Source of the DNA: Macrostomum lignano
Lineage: Eukaryota
Direction of reading: 5' to 3'
DNA: 64,000 nucleotides
Assembly (NCBI GenBank): GCA_002269645.1
Contig: NIVC01000162.1
Span: 1 to 64,000 of the forward strand
The notes beneath the pieces were generated by a model. The model did no database searches. It worked only from the letters and a program-made list of their open reading frames with translations, and was not told the origin of the DNA. A program made the translations under genes and the position numbers. Position 1 is the first letter of the stretch. Every line of letters begins with the position of its first letter. This document shows, one piece after another, positions 12,082 to 28,656 of this stretch.

Positions 12082-12389
12082 AGGGAGTTGAGTGAGTGAC
12101 GAGAGAGAGAGAGAGACCAGGGAGTTGAGTGAGTGAGGAGAGAGAGAGATAGAGAGACCAGGGAGTTGAGTGAGTGAGGAGAGAGAGAGAGAGACCAGGG
12201 AGTTGAGTGAGTGAGGAGAGAGAGGGAGAGAGAGATCAGGGAGTTGAGTGAGTGAGGAGAGAGAGAGAGAGAGAGAGACCAGGGAGTTGAGTGAGTGAGG
12301 AGAGAGAGAGAGAGACCAGGGAGTTGAGTGAGTGACGAGAGAGAGAGAGAGAGAGAGAGAGACCAGGGAGTTGAGTGAGTGAGGAGAGA

Positions 12390-12435
<46 letters not shown>

Positions 12436-12645
12436 AGGGAGTTGAGTGAGTGAGGAGAGAGAGGGAGAGAGAGAGAGAGAGAGAGAGACCAGGGAGTTGA
12501 GTGAGTGACGAGAGAGAGAGAGAGAGAGAGAGAGACCAGGGAGTTGAGTGAGTGACGAGAGAGAGAGAGAGACCAGGGAGTTGAGTGAGTGAGGAGAGAG
12601 AGGGAGAGAGAGACCAGAGAGTTGAGTGAGTGAGGAGAGAGAGAC
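10510..12645. repeat. compound repeat CCAGGGAGTTGAGTGAGTGAG(GA)n, variable GA tract
   Basis: Direct inspection; includes an internal ~470-bp duplicated block. Confidence 0.97.
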
Positions 12646-13611
12646 GGGAATAGATATAGCAAATGAGATTAGAGAATTGAAACAATGTTGCACACACTAA
12701 AATGTGCTCAATTATTCAAGTTAACGGGCACATAGCTTACCAATAGAAACCGCAGGTAATAAAAATCGTGAAGTTCGAGGAGACGAGGAGGCAAGTCAAT
12801 AGATATTTAGAATGCTGGCAGCATTGGAAAGTATGTAATCAAGTCCTGGGTACGCTCAGGCCAACAATATAAAAACAGCGAGTGTGGTGCATGGGGATTG
12901 GAATCTCGTGATATCCCCTAGCCCTCCCTCCCAGATCCCGCTGCCACAGCGATTCCATCTCTTCTCCTCCCATTCCTCCTTACCCTCGGCTGCCCACAGG
13001 CAAAAAAACGCGGTTGCCTGTACGTGAATTCAGGGGTAGAGAGAGGCAGAGGGGATGAAATCAATAAAACTAATGCTCCCCAGTGCGGCCACTGCGAGCT
13101 GAGGCACATCTCTTGGGCGAGGGAGAAGAGTAGATGGGGCAGCGGGGTAGGAGCTACATTTGAACTCAACGCTCTGCGTGGACACTGTTCCCCATTTGGC
13201 CAGTACAAAGCCTACTTGTACTTGAAGCTCGTATTATGAAAGGTTGTCCGCCTCAGGCCAACTCAAATACACATTTTCCCACTAGTCGTAAGCAGGGGGA
13301 CGAGATGCTTGAGTTCCTCTGAGTACATTGAGTAAGAGCTCACTCACTATAGGGATGACCCAGCCACTCAGACCCTGCCATCAGTTTCTCCATCCTGAAG
13401 CTTATCCTATCTGGTCCAGTGTTAGCATTTTCTGAGCAAGCCTTAATGCAAACCGAAGCCAGTCTGCTGGGGAAGGGGATATTTGTTGGCAAATTCTGGA
13501 ATCGCTAGAGGGGAACAATGATTATTGGGCTTCTGTTTTGACAGCTCTGCTGCAGTGATTTTCAGATAATAAGATGAGGACGAGCACAGTGGGTGAGTGC
13601 CCATTAATTAG

Positions 13612-14400
13612 CTCAAGCTCCCACTGACTCTTAGCCCAAGCTCCGACTGACACTTAGCCCAAGCTCCGACTCTTAGCCCAAGCTCCGACTGACTCTTAGC
13701 CCAAGCTCCGACTCTTAGCCCAAGCTCCGACTGACCCTTAGCCCAAGCTCCGACTGACACTTAGCCCAAGCTCCGACTGACTCTTAGCCCAAGCTCCGAC
13801 TGACTCTTATCCCAAGCTCCGACTGATTGACTCTTAGCCCAAGCTCCGACTGACTCTTAGCCCAAGCTCCGACTGATTGACTCTTAGCCCAAGCTCCGAC
13901 TGACTCTTAGCCCAAGCTCCCACTGACTCTTAGCCCAAGCTCCGACTGACTCTTAGCCCAAGCTCCGACTGATTGACTCTTAGCCCAATTTCCGACTGAC
14001 TCTTAGCCCAAGCTCCGACTGACTCTTAGCCCAAGCTCCGACTGATTGACTCTTAGCCCAAGCTCCGACTGACTCTTAGCCCAAGCTCCGACTGACTCTC
14101 AGCCCAAGCTCCGACTGACACTTAGCCCAAGCTCCGACTGACTCTTAGCCCAAGCTCCGACTGACTCTTAGCCCAAGCTCCGACTGACTCTTAGCCCAAG
14201 CTCCGACTGACTCTTAGCCCAAGCTCCGACTGATTGACTCTTAGCCCAAGCTCCGACTGACTCTTAGCCCAAGCTCCGACTGATTGACTCTTAGCCCAAG
14301 CTCCGACTGACTCTTAGCCCAAGCTCCGACTGACTCTTAGCCCAAGCTCCGACTGACTCTTAGCCCAAGCTCCGACTGACTCTTAGCCCAAGCTCCGACT
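13612..14400. repeat. 23/27-bp minisatellite GACTCTTAGCCCAAGCTCCGACT(GATT)
   Basis: Direct inspection. Confidence 0.95.
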
Positions 14401-14494
14401 GGTTCTGAACTGCCTCCAACGCCTCTTAGTCTAGAACTAACCGACTCTTAGTCAACCAACTGACTCTAAGCCTATCTCCAACTGGCTCTTAGTC

Positions 14495-14730
14495 TACAAC
14501 AACTGACTCTAAGATTAGAACCAAATTACTCTGAGCCTACAACCAACTGACTCTAAGATTAGAACCAAATTACTCTGAGCCTACAACCAACTGACTCTAA
14601 GATTAGAACCAAATTACTCTGAGCCTACAACCAACTGACTCTAAGATTAGAACCAAATTACTCTGAGCCTACAACCAACTGACTCTAAGATTAGAACCAA
14701 ATTACTCTGAGCCTACAACCAACTGACTCT
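14495..14730. repeat. 44-bp tandem repeat, ~5 copies
   Basis: Unit AACTGACTCTAAGATTAGAACCAAATTACTCTGAGCCTACAACC; shares CTGACTCT with the adjacent array. Confidence 0.95.
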
Positions 14731-15914
14731 AAGCCCACCTCCGACTGACTTCTCGCACATAATACATGAGAGTTCAGTCCACACATCTACCTACTATATA
14801 TCGAAACTTTGAGCGTCAAAGACTTTAAGCAAAGCTGTACAACTATTGGCACAACCAGTCGGATCACACAGTTACATTCATTCCTAATGAAACAAAATGC
14901 GTCTCTCAACAGACTGCAAAAATGTTGCGACTTTTTTTGGCACACTGACTTTTCATCACGTGCGCAGACACTTTGGATCGAGATTGTTTCCCACAGAAAA
15001 ACGGCAAATCAAGTGTCTGTCTAGCCGCAGTCTGAAAAAGTGCTCCCGTACTTGACCTGAATGCAATTATTTTTTGGCCAGTCAAACCGGATCACGCTAC
15101 TGAAAGTAGCAAAAGTATAAACTGTTTCATGTTTTAAAACGCAACTAATATCAATAATGTCAAAAACAGATACAGCAAGTGGGCGCAGCCGCACAATTGT
15201 GGACAGAGAGGTGGAAATTTCCCAAAGGCACGCACAACACGTACAACGCCGACTGCCTCAGACTTCATACTTATGTTTCCGACGGCAGGCAATAATATGC
15301 AGAGAGCAAAACGAAACAAATTATAACAGTTATTACATATTTGAAACAATTTTGCATTAGTTTTGCGCCTCTGCGGGCAAGCCAAGAAATTGCGTCGCAG
15401 CGCGGAGATGACGAAATCATCGAAAAAAACAAACTTTCACCATGCATTCATTGCCGTTGGATGGACGAGCTACATAATCCATGCTTCCACTAAGTAGTGA
15501 AGAAGCAGAATACTAAAGTGCTTGCTTTACTGGTTCTCGTTGAAAAAAAATTCCTCCAAAATTCATGCAGCGACAGGACGGCTGGCTGCAGAAATTGTGT
15601 AGTATTGCAGATTTTGAAGTGGGAGGTTGGTAATGTAGGAAAGCAAGGCAATAAAATATAACCTTCATGATGCGTTCGAAGCTGGGCTGTCTGCCGCTTA
15701 AAACTGCATCAGAGTCACTGTTGTTTTTTGTACTTCGTTACAGTTTTGAAGACGATCTCGATATGAAACTCAAGAGGCAAGAAAACCTTTGTTATTAATG
15801 TGTGTATTACAGTGCAGTGCATAGCTATAGGCAATGAACCGCATTTTAACGAATCGCATTCGGTGAATCAAGTTTCGTGAAGAACTTTCAGCGAACCGAC
15901 TTAAGTGAATTACT

Positions 15915-18481
15915 GAAGTGAATTGTATTGAGTGAATCGTGTTGAGTGAATCCTGTTGAGTGAATTGTATTGAGTGAATCGTGTTGAGTGAATCCTGCTA
16001 AGTGAATCGTGTTGAGTAAATCGTGTTGAGTGAATCCTGTTGAGCGAATCGTTGAGTGAATCGTTGAGTGAATCGTGTTGAGTGAATCGTGTTGAGTGAA
16101 TCCTGTTGAGCGAATCGTTGAGTGAATCGTTGAGTGAATCGTGTTGAGCGAATCGTTGAGTGAATCGTTGAGTGAATCGTGTTGAGCGAATCGTTGAGTG
16201 AATCGTTGAGTGAATCGTGTTGAGTGAATCGTGTTGAGTGAATCCTGCTAAGTGAATCGTGTTGAGTAAATCGTGTTGAGTGAATCCTGTTGAGCGAATC
16301 GTTGAGTGAATCGTTGAGTGAATCGTGTTGAGTGAATCGTGTTGAGTGAATCCTGTTGAGCGAATCGTTGAGTGAATCGTTGATTGAATCGTGTTGAGCG
16401 AATCGTTGAGTGAATCGTTGAGTGAATCGTGTTGAGCGAATCGTTGAGTGAATCGTTGAGTGAATCGTGTTGAGTGAATCGTGTTGAGTGAATACTGCTA
16501 AGTGAATCGTGTTGAGTAAATCGTGTTGAGTGAATCCTGTTGAGCGAATCGTTGAGTGAATCGTTGAGTGAATCGTGTTGAGTGAATCGTGTTGAGTGAA
16601 TCCTGTTGAGCGAATCGTTGAGTGAATCGTTTAGTGAATCGTTGAGTGAATCGTGTTGAGCGAATCGTTGAGTGAATCGTTGAGTGAATCGTGTTGAGCG
16701 AATCGTTGAGTGAATCGTTGAGTGAATCGTGTTGAGCGAATCGTTGAGTGAATCGTTGAGTGAATCGTGTTGAGTGAATCGTGTTGAGTGAATCCTGCTA
16801 AGTGAATCGTGTTGAGTAAATCGTGTTGAGTGAATCCTGTTGAGCGAATCGTTGAGTGAATCGTGTTGAGTGAATCGTGTTGAGTGAATCGTGTTGAGTG
16901 AATCGAGCAGAGTGAATCGTGTTGAATGAATCGTGTTGAGTGAATCGTGTTGAGTGAATCGTGTTGAGTGAATCGTGTTGAGTGAATCGTGTTGAGTGAA
17001 TCGTGTTGAGTGAATCGTGTTGAGTGAATCGTGTTGAGTGAATCGTGTTGAGTGAATCGTGTTGAGTGAATCGAGCAGAGTGAATCGTGTTGAGTGAATC
17101 GTGTTGAGTGAATCGTGTTGAGTGAATCGAGCAGAGTGAATCGTGTTGAGTGAATCGTGTTGAGTGAATCGTGTTGGGTGAATCGAGCAGAGTGAATCGT
17201 GTTGACTGAATCGTGTTGAGTGAATCGTGTTGGGTGAATCGAGCAGAGTGAATCGTGTTGAGTGAATCGTGTTGGGTGAATCGAGTTGAGTGAATCGTGT
17301 TGAGTGAATCGTGTTGAGTGAATCGTGTTGAGTGAATCGTGTTGAGTGAATCGTGTTGAGTGAATCGTGTTGAGTGAATCGTGTTGAGTGAATCGTGTTG
17401 AGTGAATCGTGTTGAGTGAATCGTGTTGAGTGAATCGTGTTGAGTGAATCGTGTTGAGTGAATCGTGTTGAGTGAATCGTGTTGAGTGAATGGTGTTGAG
17501 TGAATGGTGTTGAGTGAATCGTGTTGAGTGAATCGTGTTGAGTGAATCGTGTTGAGTGAATCGTGTTGAGTGAATGGTGTTGAGTGAATCGTGTTGAGTG
17601 AATCGTGTTGAGTGAATCGTGTTGAGTGAATCGTGTTGAGTGAATCGTGTTGAGTGAATCGTGTTGAGTGAATCGTGTTGAGTGAATCGTGTTGAGTGAA
17701 TCGTGTTGAGTGAATCGTGTTGAGTGAATCGTGTTGAGTGAATCGTGTTGAGTGAATCGTGTTGAGTGAATCGTGTTGAGTGAATCGTGTTGAGTGAATC
17801 GTGTTGAGTGAATCGTGTTGAGTGAATCGAGCAGAGTGAATCGTGTTGAGTGAATCGTGTTGAGTGAATCGTGTTGAGTGAATCGTGTTGAGTGAATCGT
17901 GTTGAGTGAATCGTGTTGAGTGAATCGTGTTGAGTGAATCGTGTTGAGTGAATCGTGTTGAGTGAATCGTGTTGAGTGAATCGTGTTGAGTGAATCGTGT
18001 TGAGTGAATCGTGTTGAGTGAATCGTGTTGAGTGAATCGTGTTGAGTGAATCGTGTTGAGTGAATCGTGTTGAGTGAATCGTGTTGAGTGAATCGTGTTG
18101 AGTGAATCGTGTTGAGTGAATCGTGTTGAGTGAATCGTGTTGTGTGAATCGTGCAGAGTGAATCCTGTTGAGTGAATCCTGTTGAGTGAATCCTGTTGAG
18201 TGAATCGTGTTGAGTGAATCGTGTTGAGTGAATCGAGCAGAGTGAATCGTGTTGAGTGAATCGTGTTGAGTGAATCGTGTTGAGTGAATCTTGTTGAGTG
18301 AATCCTGTTGAGTGAATCCTGTTGAGTGAATCGTGTTGAGTGAATCGTGTTGAGTGAATCGAGCAGAGTGAATCGTGTTGAGTGAATCGTGTTGAGCGAA
18401 TCGTGTTGAGTGAATCGTGTTGAGTGAATCGTGTTGGGTGAATCGAGCAGAGTGAATCTTGTTGAGTGAATCCTGTTGAGT
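15915..18481. repeat. 14-bp minisatellite (TGAGTGAATCGTGT)n with 250-300-bp higher-order units at its left end
   Basis: Direct inspection; source of the 753-aa and 631-aa pseudo-ORFs. Confidence 0.98.
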
Positions 18482-21074
18482 GCAGCCGCAGGCGCAGAAC
18501 TGCGGCCAATAAAGCGATCTATTCACTCTTTATTGACTCTGCAAACATTCGAATCGAAAAAACCGTGGACTTAAAACATTTATCTTCCGAGCAAAATGGA
18601 TGCTGGAGGCTTGAAAACTTGGCTGCGCAAAAGAAGAAGACACTAAATAACAAGGAGCGCAGGACGCATGCTAGAAAGCATTAAAAATGTTTGAGGGAAA
18701 TCTGGAAGCTGAAGCTGAATGGATGGCAGGGGGGGGGGGTTGGGTGGGTTAAAAGAGGCCTTGCTGCACTGCCGTTTACCCCCGGATTGATACAGAAACC
18801 GGACAGTCAGGGTGGAACAATTTCAACGCAAAAGAAGGAAAAGAAAAGCTTTAGTAGATGGGGAGAAATGGAGAACGAACTGGGCTTAGATTTCGAGAGC
18901 ACATATGCGCAAAGCAAGAAATCCAGCGAATACTGAAGTGGGAGGTTGCCCGATTTTTCCTTAACTTTTCCGGTGTTGTCTGCGACTGTCGGTGCTGAGG
19001 TCTTTCCATAATTTTCCCCACATTTAAAAGAGATTTAATGCCAACCCTGAAATATTTCGTCCCTTGAGCTGGATAAAAAAACTATTCAATATATATATAT
19101 TCCCTCGGGGCTGTTTGGCAGTATAAAATTATAACAGTGTGGAAGCCAGACAGTTGTATTTTGTAGGCCAGCCATCTCTACAATATGGCTTGCATATTTC
19201 ACGTGACGCGATGTCCAGTATCGAGTACTTGGAGCGAAAACGGGGTCGCCTCCGCCTACTTGCAGTCCTTGCCTTTCTTACTGCTACCCCGACTGATCCA
19301 TGTTGCTGTAGGGTTGCGAGCTCAGGCTTGCTCATTCCCTTATGGATTGATTCTAGTCGATTCTTTAGCTGAAAAAGCGCCTCTCCTTAAGGCTTCAAAG
19401 CATGCACACCTCACATCAGAAATGTATTGCCGTTGTTGTAGCGATTGTCTGCCTGTCTGTGATTAAGCCTTAGGCCTATAGGCTGCTTACCCTGTACTGT
19501 ACTGCACTTGTACTGTACTGCTCTGTCTGTAGCCTGTAGGGCTGTAGGCCTGTAGCCCATGCCCCATACATGGAATTTGTTTGTTTGATACACGGGATGG
19601 GATGGGATTCAGGATTCAGGACAGAAACAACTTGAAAATATTTTATTTGACTGGCGGATCCAAAGACGGTCAAGGGGGTCGGCTGACCTCCCCCGCCCAG
19701 CCGAGCATGACCCCGTCCGAGGCAAAGTCCTCGAACCGCCACTGTATATTTACGTTTATTTTTAATTGCATTTCCCTTAAAATGCACCGCGAAATCATGT
19801 TTCGCCAGTGAGCCAGTCAGTTTGCCTTGCCTAATTAAACCAATTTGCTTTTGCGGACAAAGATAATAAAAAAATAAGTGAAAGAGAGATTAAAGAGAAA
19901 GCATAACAAAGGCCAGATTTGATTATTCCCTGATGGTGGTCCTTGCTCTGGAATTGGAATTTGGAAATTGGAATTTGGACTTGTGAAACTGGCGCTGGAT
20001 TTGGCTGGTTCTAACTTCTAATGTTCTCTCCTAGTGTCCTATAGTTATTTGCTGTTTCACTGCTTTACTTCGTGCGCCTGCGTACGCTCAATAAAGTAGT
20101 AAAGTCTCGCGTATTATTCTAGCTTTGCGCTTCCCTATGTTTCAAAAGGACCTCCTTACCAGACAGAGGGCTCCCCCTCCCCCAGCCCTCTCCTGCTAAC
20201 GCCAAGCCACCCCAGGCCCAAGCACACCACCCCAATTCTAAGTTAATTAGTCTAGTCTTATTGGCCAGACTGAAGAGGGGGTTGGGCGAATTCCGCTAGG
20301 CTCTGCTCACACTAGCGCCGCCGCACGCAAACACCCCTCCCGCCTCTTAGTGCGCAATTCCAATTCGACCATCGTTAATGTGCCCGACGGGGCTCCTGAA
20401 GAAGAGGTGGCTTGTTGAAGGAGACGGTGTCCTGCCCCTTTCCTCCTTTGGGCTTTATTTTAAAGCATCGGAAAACTAATACGATGCGCTAAATAAATGG
20501 ACTGTCGAACCTCTCTCTTCACTTTCTCCCTCCCGAAGCCTTCTTGCATAGGGCGCCGTTAGTGAATCCGTTATTCTGACGTCTTAGTGAATTTTTATAA
20601 AAGCGCTAGCTAAGTTTATTATTTAACTTTAGTGGCGTCTGCAATTGTGGATATCGATAAAATACTGTGCGAGTTACCGAATATTTCCATTTGCTTCCTA
20701 CTGATTAGAATCAGCAGACAACACAAAACGAAGTAATAGCTAATAAATCTTCCCTTGAACCCTCAGTGATTTTAACGAGGCATATAATAGAATAATGAAT
20801 TGTAGACGTTTTGTATTGTTTTTTGTATTCACCTATTTAACCGTTTTGCCTGCGGAATCGCGCTTCGTGTCTGCTGGTAAGATTTTTTATAGATTTTTTT
20901 AAAACTATATAATCTGCGTGTAGGTGTACTTTTACGATAATCGTAATAAATACATCTATTACGATTATATCATAATCGTAAATAATGGATTTAATGCCCG
21001 ATGGGCTTCCTTAGACCCACAATGCCTCCTTAGTTAAACCTTAGGTTAACCCCAATATTTTGCTTCAAGACAGA

Positions 21075-22450
21075 CTGCAAAGGAAGAGAGTAGAAGTCTG
21101 CCAGATGAAGAGAGTAGAAGTCTGCCATATGAAGAGAACAGGAGACTGCCAGATGAAAAGTGAAGGAGACTGCCAGACGAAGAGTGCAGGAGACTGCTAG
21201 ATAGAGTGCAGGAGACTGCCAGACGAAGAGTGCAGGAGACTGCTAGATAGAGTGCAGGAGACTGCCAGATGAAGAGGGCAGGAGACTGCCAGACGAAGAG
21301 TGCAGGAGACTGCCAGATGAAGAGTGCAGGAGACTGCCAGATGAAGAGGGCAGGAGACTGCCAGATGAAGAGGGCAGGAGACTGCCAGACGAAGAGTGCA
21401 GGAGACTGCCAGATGAAGAGTGCAGGAGACTGCCAGATGAAGAGTGCAGGAGACTGCCAGATGAAAAGTGCAGGAGACTGCCAGACGAAGAGTGCAGGAG
21501 ACTGCCAGATGAAGAGTGCAGGAGACTGCCAGATGAAGAGTGCAGGAGACTGCCAGATGAAGAGTGCAGGAGACTGCCAGATGAAAAGTGCAGGAGACTG
21601 CCAGACGAAGAGTGCAGGAGACTGCCAGATGAAGAGTGCAGGAGACTGCCAGATGAAGAGGGCAGGAGACTGCCAGATGAAGAGTGCAGGAGACTGCCAG
21701 ATGAAGAGGGCAGGAGACTGCCAGATGAAGAGTGCAGGAGACTGCCAGATGAAGAGGGCAGGAGACTGCCAGATGAAGAGTGCAGGAGACTGCCGGATGA
21801 AGAGGGCAGGAGACTGCCAGATGAAGAGTGCAGGAGACTGCCAGATGAAGAGGAGCAGGAGACTGCCAGATAGAGTGCAGGAGACTGCCAGATAGAGTGC
21901 AGGAGACTGCCAGATAGAGTGCAGGAGACTGCCAGATGAAGAGTGCAGGAGACTGCCAGATGAAGAGTGCAGGAGACTGCCAGATGAAGAGTGCAGGAGA
22001 CTGCCAGATGAAGAGGGCAGGAGACTGCCAGATGAAGAGTGCAGGAGACTGCCAGATGAAGAGGGCAGGAGACTGCCAGATGAAGAGGGCAGGAGACTGC
22101 CAGATGAAGAGGGCAGGAGACTGCCAGATGAAGAGGGCAGGAGACTGCCAGATGAAGAGGGCAGGAGACTGCCAGATGAAGAGGGCAGGAGACTGCCAGA
22201 TGAAGAGGGCAGGAGACTGCCAGATAGAGTGCAGGAGACTTCCAGATGAAGAGGAGCAGGAGACTGCCAGATAGAGTGCAGGAGACTGCTAGATAGAGTG
22301 CAGGAGACTGCCAGATAGAGTGCAGGAGACTGCCAGAGGAAGAGGGCAGGAGACTGCCAGATGAAGAGGGCAGGAGACTGCCAGATGAAGAGGGCAGGAG
22401 ACTGCCAGATAGAGTGCAGGAGTCTGCCAGATGAAGAGGGCAGGAGACTC
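21075..22450. repeat. 24-bp minisatellite GAGACTGCCAGATGAAGAG(T/G)GCAG
   Basis: Direct inspection; shorter ATAGAG variants also occur. Confidence 0.97.
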
Positions 22451-24502
22451 AATTTTCTTTATTGTACTAGAGTTAAAGAATAAAGCAAGAGTAGGAGCAG
22501 GATATATATGTTAAAGCAGGAGACAGAATGTGACTTCGTGTTCATGAAAAGAGGAAAGGAACTGCGAGTCGAATGTTGCTGACTTTATGTATTAGATTAA
22601 AAAGGTATGATGGCTTAGGACGGGCTAAACAAAGCTGCTGAGGCAGCAGACTGGCTTTGCCCTTCTTATCTAACTAAAATAGTCTGCAACAGTATATTAG
22701 AACAGCAATGACAGTAAAATCAGTCTGGGAAGCAGAATTCTGATTTCTGTCCTGTTCTTCCTTCCGCCCGCGCGTTGCTCCAGCAGTCCGGGACCCCGAT
22801 TCCTTGGCTTCTTGCATGCCATTTCCGCGTGCGGTATTGTTCACTATTATATTATTTATTATGCCATCGATTACTCACTGCACTACTTAGGGATATATGC
22901 GGCTTTTATTGCCTATCTAATTGCTAAACTAATAATCCTAGACTTGCAGTTTAAGATTCCCGTGCCCACCGGATGATTCAGTTCGAGATGCCCGCGGGTG
23001 TTCTTCGAGACGAAAGAAACCAAACAAAAATCGATATTTTGCTTCTTCTTTTGCGCTTGCATTTGAATTGCATTGCATTTGAATTGCAGGCAGGCAGGCG
23101 GGCAGACAGGGTGGCTGGCTGGCAAGCATATTACCAACTATAATTATATTTGTATCGAAATATTTTCACAAACGCAGCGCTCGATAGTTGAGAGGAGAAG
23201 ACTGAAGAATGCAAAAGGAGAGGCCGGCAGTTGCAGGGACTCGGCTCGACTTTAACTTCGAATATGTATATAGCGATTGTCGAATGCAAAAGGAAAGGAG
23301 CGTTAGGGGCAATCCAGGTGCAACTTCTGATTGTATACACTCAACAGCAGTTACTCCCCCACCCCCTACTCATGCTGTCACACTGCACGGAATTTGATTG
23401 TTAAGCAATGCAATTGGTGATCTGAAGCTGCTCATCATCAACCGGTTGGTGATCAGAATGCCACCCAGGGGCGTCCCTATACCAATGCGGCTGGCAAAAA
23501 GTACATGGCATCCGCTTGCAGTGTAACTTTGGCGCCCATGCTGCTGTCGCCCCCCCCCTCTCATTGAAAGATCCTGGTTACGACCCTGATGTCACGAAGG
23601 GGGACGACAGTTTAACAGTTTTTTAAGTCAAACGAGCTGTGTCGGTACATATCATATAACAGATTTTCTAACTATATGCAGTTTCGTTTCTTTTGCACAA
23701 TCAACGGACTCCGAAAACGTTTCCTTGAAGACTATACGAGCGTAAATGTTGGAAGTCTCAAGAAAGAATTTAAATTCTTTGTGCCTTCAAGCGATGCGCG
23801 TGTCTATCGGTTTTCGTGCTCAGGGGTCAGCGGGCTTGCCTCCCATAGGAGCGGTTCAACTGTCCGCCTTGATTTGCGCCAGCTTCTCACCAAGAAGCGA
23901 AGGAAATTGTCTCAAAAAGCTTTTAATTATACAACAATTAGCTCAATAATGAAGGCAGACAACTGCTTAACACTTATAGACTACATGGCTTTAAATAGGA
24001 GGGCTAAAAACCATAGTATCTTGAGCGATTGACGCTGCAACAAAGATAAATAATTATAAACCAATTGAAATTGGCAACTTGCAATTGCAACACAAATCGA
24101 TAAAGATGCACAAAGCAAAAAATAAGAACTAAGCCCAGTTTCATAAAAATTTATTCGTACATCAGAGCGTATGCCTCTGCAGGCGCCAAATGCAGATGAG
24201 CTGGCAAGTGCAGGGGACTTAACCTCCGAGAATGTTCTGAATGTTCTACAAAACACCAACACCTCTACCCTATCCTATACACTGCTGAGCGTCTCTGACC
24301 CACAGAAGTTGCAGAAATCTGCAGACTCCATGTTTACAGATTAGTCAAAGTTGACAATTCATAGAAATCTTGAAATCCTTATTATTGCGCCAGTTTGGCA
24401 TCCGGGGTCCAACTCGACGAGCGTATAGGATTCTGCAGCCGTGATTAGGGAGTTACAATGGAGCAAACTGAACTGATAAGCTGGTTCTCTGAGTATAATA
24501 AT

Positions 24503-24805
24503 AATAATAGATAGATAATGTGATTACAAATGCCCTAATGGGCGGATGCGCAACCGACAGCTCAGCCGCAGCTATTGCGCGGCTCATCTGAAGGCTGCGT
24601 ACGGCTGTTCAGTCCAAGGACTGGGGGGTCACCACACACACCCTCAATTACCCCAGCTAATGCTGGCTCATTTTACAGCTTGGTGAACTGAAGAAATGCA
24701 GAGTTAAGTGTCTTGCTCAAGGACACAAATTGTTCCGAATGGGTCGAAAATCGAACCCCCGACCTTTCAGTCGTGAGTCCGACGATCTCACCTACAAACG
24801 CCATC
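24503..24805 (-). mobile_element. tRNA-derived SINE with CORE-like central domain and (ATT)n tail
   Basis: Minus strand shows an A-box-like TGGCGTTTGTAGG and a B box GGTTCGATT within a GGTCG...CGACC stem. Next is TGTGTCCTTGAGCAAGACACTTAACTCTGCATTTCTTCAGTTCACCAAGCTGTAAAATG, resembling the MIR CORE as I recall it. The 3' end is shared with 1-69, and there are imperfect flanking direct repeats CTGAGT(CT)ATAATAA. Confidence 0.8.
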
Positions 24806-24846
24806 CTGAGTCTATAATAAAACAATAAAACTGAATTTCTCAGCAG

Positions 24847-28105
<3,259 letters not shown>

Positions 28106-28295
28106 GTCCAGATGATCAATTTTAATTGCTAATAGTTATTGGTTTCTGTCGATTGTGTGGTTGAAACAGCTTGTTTTTTTAAACTGCTTATTTATGTTGC
28201 CTGCAGAGAATGATAATAGTTTTCCGTAAAAATCATATTTTGCTAACATTTTGACACGGTCAAGTGTCTCGGTCTCAAATTTAGTGTTCATTTTG

Positions 28296-28656
28296 TGTCA
28301 GCTATGGTCAGTGCTCACTGTGTCAGCTATGGTCAGTGCTCACTGTGTCAGCTATGGTCAGTGCTCACTGTGTCAGCTATGGTCAGTGCTCACTGTGTCA
28401 GCTATGGTCAGTGCTCACTGTGTCAGCTATGGTCAGTGCTCACTGTGTCAGCTATGGTCAGTGCTCACTGTGTCAGCTATGGTCAGTGCTCACTGTGTCA
28501 GCTATGGTCAGTGCTCACTGTGTCAGCTATGGTCAGTGCTCACTGTGTCAGCTATGGTCAGTGCTCACTGTGTCAGCTATGGTCAGTGCTCACTGTGTCA
28601 GCTATGGTCAGTGCTCACTGTGTCAGCTATGGTCAGTGCTCACTGTGTCAGCTATG
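28296..28656. repeat. 25-bp minisatellite, ~14 copies
   Basis: Unit GTCAGCTATGGTCAGTGCTCACTGT. Confidence 0.97.

Noticed and set aside
12820-13500. Possible decayed LINE reverse-transcriptase fragment on the minus strand (NTGPDRISFRMEKL resembles the PGPDG motif)
   Set aside because: Only one weak motif with many stops; no recognisable QG or YADD motifs. It needs a translated profile search.
16248-18526. 753-aa and 631-aa ORFs, and the similar long ORFs at 5982-6953, 11074-12693, 21046-22452, 54983-55847, 56988-57684, 60990-62099
   Set aside because: They are translations of tandem repeats lacking stops in some frames; several frames are open at once, and there is no splice or domain support.
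22816-22890. Signal-peptide-like ORF MPFPRAVLFTIILFIMPSITHCTT* as first exon of the LDLa gene
   Set aside because: It ends in TAG with no usable GT donor, and AT-rich sequence gives such peptides by chance.
23420-24350. Candidate upstream exons or ORFs (23676-24032, ~23420-23550, ~24165-24345)
   Set aside because: No phase-consistent splice path to 24847 and no recognisable domain.
24745-24805. tRNA gene
   Set aside because: It has A/B boxes but no full cloverleaf or acceptor stem, and continues into a CORE-like body, so it is a SINE head.
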